A stretch of DNA of 64,000 bases. Source: Promethearchaeota archaeon (GTDB lineage: Archaea; Asgardarchaeota; Lokiarchaeia; Sigyniarchaeales; SOKP01). The stretch covers positions 1 through 64,000 of the forward strand of contig JBHLNF010000003.1 of the NCBI GenBank assembly GCA_048937405.1. The letters run 5' to 3'. The position numbers and the translations under genes are program-made. Shown here piece by piece: positions 60,430-64,000 of the stretch. Below the pieces are notes generated by a model. It was not told the DNA's origin, made no database searches, and saw only the letters and a program-made list of their open reading frames with translations. The first letter of the stretch is position 1. The number at the start of each line of letters is the position of its first letter.

Positions 60430-60825
60430 TTAGTTTATTTTTAAATTTAATTGCTTTTTTAAAAAACTCTTTAAATTTTGGCAATTAAGTTTGTATTCTT
60501 TTCTGTTTTTATAAAAAAGATTAGTTCTTGGGCAATCCTTATCAAGTGTGCATTTCTTTTTGCTAGTGTCATAAATCATTGGATAGAATCTACATCCCTG
60601 AGGTCGAGATTTATAAATCTTACATTTCATTAAGTTATTGTCAAAAAAGACGCATTTTTCTATAGAATTTTTTAACTGAAAAAAACCATTTTGATTTTTA
60701 AAGATGAATTCTTCCTCTTCTAATTTTTTTGGATAGTTTTGGATTATTAAATCAATATCCTGCTGAGATAAAATCATTTCTGTATTGATACAGCATTTTC
60801 CACAAGACTCACATTTGTTTTTCAT
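60430..60825 (-). CDS. YkgJ/UPF0153 family cysteine-cluster protein
   Basis: CESCGKCC, CVFF..CKIYKSRPQGCRFYP. Confidence 0.88.
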   Translation of the reverse strand: MKNKCESCGKCCINTEMILSQQDIDLIIQNYPKKLEEEEFIFKNQNGFFQLKNSIEKCVFFDNNLMKCKIYKSRPQGCRFYPMIYDTSKKKCTLDKDCPRTNLFYKNRKEYKLNCQNLKSFLKKQLNLKIN

Positions 60826-60957
60826 TGTAAATTATTATTTTTGTGTTAATTTAATAAATTTTAAAGGAAGGTAAATATCTAGTAAAATATAATAATTATT
60901 AATTGCTTTTTAATTGAGTAAAATATAATCTAAAATGACAATTAAGACAAAAAAGTA

Positions 60958-62829
60958 ATGAACAGAGAAGATAAAGAAACGAAAACTCTTGAAGATGAAG
61001 AAAACACTGATGAAGTATTAAAAGAAGAAGTTAGTCTACAATTTCATTTATATATTTTTATTTTTGCTATAATTTATTATGTCTCATGGATATTACCTGG
61101 ATTTCTTTTTTGGTTTTATTTTATGATACCATTTCGCATATTTTTTCTTGAAAATTTGAATTTTTTCTCAATTTTTATAAATATTAATTCTCTGATAACT
61201 CTATTATTAATGCCAATTGTCCTTATTAGCTGTTATCTCCTCCATTTGTTATTAATTGGTTTAACAACACGTATTATTTGGCAAATTACTGAAAAGACTT
61301 CACCATCAAAATCAGGTGTTATACCAAGAAATATTAGAAGTAGAGCCGCAAATTATTATCATATTAGGAGTTTTATGATCAAATATGGAAAAAATACTTT
61401 TACTAAAGGAATGTTCCCTTGGTTATCTAATTGGTTTTTTAGTACAGTCGGTTCAAACAAAATTGGTAAAGGTACAACAATAGAAGAGTCTGTAGGTAAT
61501 GATAAATTTATTGATATTGGAAAAAATTGTTATGTTGGTGTAAATTCTACATTAGCGAGTCATTTACTTCAAGGAATCTTTGGCAATATTACTTATTTTG
61601 AGATTAAGGTAGGAGATAATGTTACAACTGCTGCGATGAATCAGGTTGGTCCAGGAACAGAACTAAATGATAATACTTTTTTATTACCATTAGCTTCTAC
61701 AAATAAACATAGTATTGCCAAGGGAGGTTATTATTATGGGATTCCATTTAGAAAGATCTTTAGAAAAAAAATTATCAATTATCTAGAATTATCACCTAAG
61801 GATTTGGAAAAGAACGATAATATTGAAGGATATAAGGATAAAAAACTCATTAAGGAACTTAAAAAAAAGAAATCTTTGGAAAAAGAAACTGATTCTAATC
61901 TTAGAGATGTGGGTGTAATATCTGAGGAAACGGAAAAACAATTCGAGTTTAATAAATTCTCAAATGAAGATTTAGCTATTGATTTTGCCACTAGCTCAGC
62001 AATAAGTCGAATCAATATAAAGTTTTTAATTGTATATTTACCACTCTTATGGGTTGCTGGATTAATAACTACAATAATTTGGTATTGGTATTCTGAAAAT
62101 GTACTGAGCACAATGAAATTTCGATTAGAATTTTTCCTTTTCTTTCCATTAATTTTATTCGGTCTAATATATATATTTATTGTTGCATGCTTGGTTTTTA
62201 GTAAGCTACTTTTATTGTTAGTTAATCTCATTCATAAACCTAAGGAAGGAGTATTTAAAGCTAAAAAAGGAAATACTGACTATGAATTTTGGATATTGAG
62301 AACAGTTTTAAAAAAAATTGGTTTATGGTTTATGAGAAATTCTCCTTTACCTTGGACTGATGTAGTTGCTTTAAAATTATTTGGGGTTGATATGGATTCA
62401 TCAAGTCATTTACCTGATGCGTGGTGCGATTCAGAATTTATAAAATTTGGCAGAAAGAACCTAATTGGTCAGGGTGCTTTAATAATGTCAAGTATGGTAA
62501 TTGGAAAATATTTACTAATAAAAAAGGTTTTTTTTGATGATTACGTAATGGTTGGTGGTCATACAACAATTTCTCCAGGTACAATTATAGGTAAAGAATC
62601 TGTAATAGGTGCTCTTAGTTCCACAACATATAATCAAGTTTTAGAGTCAGGATGGGTTTACTTTGGATTTCCAGCAATTAAGTTAAAAGAAAACAAGTAT
62701 GCAGAAGAAAGGAGAGATATTATCATCAAACGTGATGTAGATGAATCAAAAAAATTTACGGCAACACATGAAGTAAACATTGATGAAGATAAAAAAGAAT
62801 TAATAAAAACTCAAAAAGAAGAGGTATAA
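60958..62829 (+). CDS. Fused Pls C-domain-like units A+B, second copy
   Basis: GVIPRN..NYYHIRS, SHLLQG, DFATSSAISR, PKEGVF..DYEFW, WVYFGFPA. Confidence 0.72.
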   Translation: MNREDKETKTLEDEENTDEVLKEEVSLQFHLYIFIFAIIYYVSWILPGFLFWFYFMIPFRIFFLENLNFFSIFININSLITLLLMPIVLISCYLLHLLLIGLTTRIIWQITEKTSPSKSGVIPRNIRSRAANYYHIRSFMIKYGKNTFTKGMFPWLSNWFFSTVGSNKIGKGTTIEESVGNDKFIDIGKNCYVGVNSTLASHLLQGIFGNITYFEIKVGDNVTTAAMNQVGPGTELNDNTFLLPLASTNKHSIAKGGYYYGIPFRKIFRKKIINYLELSPKDLEKNDNIEGYKDKKLIKELKKKKSLEKETDSNLRDVGVISEETEKQFEFNKFSNEDLAIDFATSSAISRINIKFLIVYLPLLWVAGLITTIIWYWYSENVLSTMKFRLEFFLFFPLILFGLIYIFIVACLVFSKLLLLLVNLIHKPKEGVFKAKKGNTDYEFWILRTVLKKIGLWFMRNSPLPWTDVVALKLFGVDMDSSSHLPDAWCDSEFIKFGRKNLIGQGALIMSSMVIGKYLLIKKVFFDDYVMVGGHTTISPGTIIGKESVIGALSSTTYNQVLESGWVYFGFPAIKLKENKYAEERRDIIIKRDVDESKKFTATHEVNIDEDKKELIKTQKEEV

Positions 62830-62834
62830 TTATA

Positions 62835-63782
62835 ATGAGTGTACCAAATACAATGAGAGTAGGACCTTTTACACCCACAGTGTTAGTAAAAAAAAGATAT
62901 TTAATATTCTATTTTTTCTTAATTTGGATAAGTATTATCCCTATCCTTTTAGAATTTTGGGTATATTGGCATTTTCTATGGAGTTATGAAAGACCCATTC
63001 ACTTCTATACTTTTCTCCCCCTTTTATTTTTTGGAATGTATGTATCAATAGTATTTTTCTCTATTTTTTTTGCTAAAATATTGTTAATAATAGTTAATGC
63101 AATACATAAACCACGAGAAGGTATATTCTTACGCATTCCAGAAGATAGAGATTATAGATACTGGAGTCTTCGAAATACAATTAAACGATGGCCTATTTGG
63201 CTAGCACATAAATTTCCATTTCCTTTCTTAGATAATATCTGCTTTAAAGTATTCGGCGTAAAAACGAAGTTTTCAAATTCCCTTTTTGAAGGATGGGTTG
63301 ATACAGAATTTATAGAATTTGGCAAAGATGTTGTAGTTGGGCAGGGTGCAATTGTCCAATCGGCAGTAATTATTGGGAATTTATTGATAATTCGAAAAAC
63401 TGTGATTGAAGATGATGTAAGGATTGGCTCACACGCAATAGTTATGCCTGGTACTCATATTGGAAATAAATGTATCTTAGCAGCTAATTCTGTAACAACA
63501 GTTGGACAGGTTTTAGATAAAAATTATGTATATGTAGGTATTCCAGCAAAAAAGTTCAAAAAGAACTATTTCTTTGAAGATGGATTGGAAACCAAAATTG
63601 GTTACGTAGAAGATATCGAAAAATTACGAGAAAAATATGAGGAGATTTATACAAAACGTTATGATGAACTTACTCGCAAGGATCGTAGAGAATTAAAAAG
63701 AGAAAAAAAAGAGGGAGAAAAAAAGAGATTTGATACTGAGCAAGAGGAATGGGAAGATCCTGATGATGGTTTCAATATATAA
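62835..63782 (+). CDS. Pls C-domain-like unit C, second copy
   Basis: Closely matches 49138..49986 (MSVP...VGP, LVKKRYLIFY, DYRYWSLR, HKFPFPFLDNIC). Confidence 0.72.
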   Translation: MSVPNTMRVGPFTPTVLVKKRYLIFYFFLIWISIIPILLEFWVYWHFLWSYERPIHFYTFLPLLFFGMYVSIVFFSIFFAKILLIIVNAIHKPREGIFLRIPEDRDYRYWSLRNTIKRWPIWLAHKFPFPFLDNICFKVFGVKTKFSNSLFEGWVDTEFIEFGKDVVVGQGAIVQSAVIIGNLLIIRKTVIEDDVRIGSHAIVMPGTHIGNKCILAANSVTTVGQVLDKNYVYVGIPAKKFKKNYFFEDGLETKIGYVEDIEKLREKYEEIYTKRYDELTRKDRRELKREKKEGEKKRFDTEQEEWEDPDDGFNI

Positions 63783-63820
63783 CTATCTTTTAATTACCTA
63801 TATAATCGAAAAATTAAATT

Positions 63821-64000
63821 TTACTCTAAAATAAAGTACATTCTTCTATTATTTTTTCCTTTATTAACAGTTTTAATTATTTCAATTTTTCCAATTTCTT
63901 TAAGATTACTAATATGAGTCCCCCCATCAACTTGTTCATCGATATCCCCTATTCTAACAATACGAAATTCCTTAATTTTTTCTGGTAATCCTACGGCTAA
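63821..64000 (-). CDS. Alanyl-tRNA editing protein AlaX-M, C-terminal fragment (runs off window end)
   Basis: Manual translation: LAVGLPEKIKEFRIVRIGDIDEQVDGGTHISNLKEIGKIEIIKTVNKGKNNRRMYFILE*. Confidence 0.8.
   Translation of the reverse strand, partial: LAVGLPEKIKEFRIVRIGDIDEQVDGGTHISNLKEIGKIEIIKTVNKGKNNRRMYFILE

Noticed and set aside
875-62231. Numerous short ORFs antisense to or nested in long genes (e.g. 875..1066, 4830..5108, 21330..21791, 24964..25452, 45125..45451, 61779..62231)
   Set aside because: They overlap well-supported genes and show no recognisable motifs; treated as shadow ORFs.

Overview
Very AT-rich archaeal genomic DNA. Gene content points to an Asgard archaeon, most likely Lokiarchaeia (inference, not a database result): fwd formylmethanofuran dehydrogenase genes, HdrB, archaeal MiaB-like and AlaX proteins, heliorhodopsin, and roadblock-like, LITAF-like and vWA-RING proteins. 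No rRNA, tRNA, CRISPR array or transposase was recognised. Main points: (1) Six membrane/left-handed beta-helix genes (47.3-63.8 kb) resemble the C1-C2-C3 condensation region of poly-epsilon-lysine synthetase (Pls)-type NRPSs. They occur split as A+B+C or fused as AB+C, lack the A-T domains, and are interleaved with a nitrilase-family amidase and a GH3/ANL-like adenylating enzyme. This is the best candidate for an undescribed system. (2) A hidden AhpC/Prx-like selenoprotein candidate (in-frame TGA in a UxxC motif) lies just upstream of heliorhodopsin; the ORF track reports only its C-terminal half. (3) A soluble DmsA-like molybdoenzyme is paired with a DmsB-like subunit split by a GltD/NfnB-type flavin module. 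(4) A class II ribonucleotide reductase carries a 498-aa HNH-type intein at the catalytic cysteine. (5) Also present: a radical SAM/SPASM-small protein-methyltransferase-membrane protein cluster, a divergent Hsp20/acidic protein/coiled-coil/Sm-like module, and a small patch of decaying genes near 55-56 kb.
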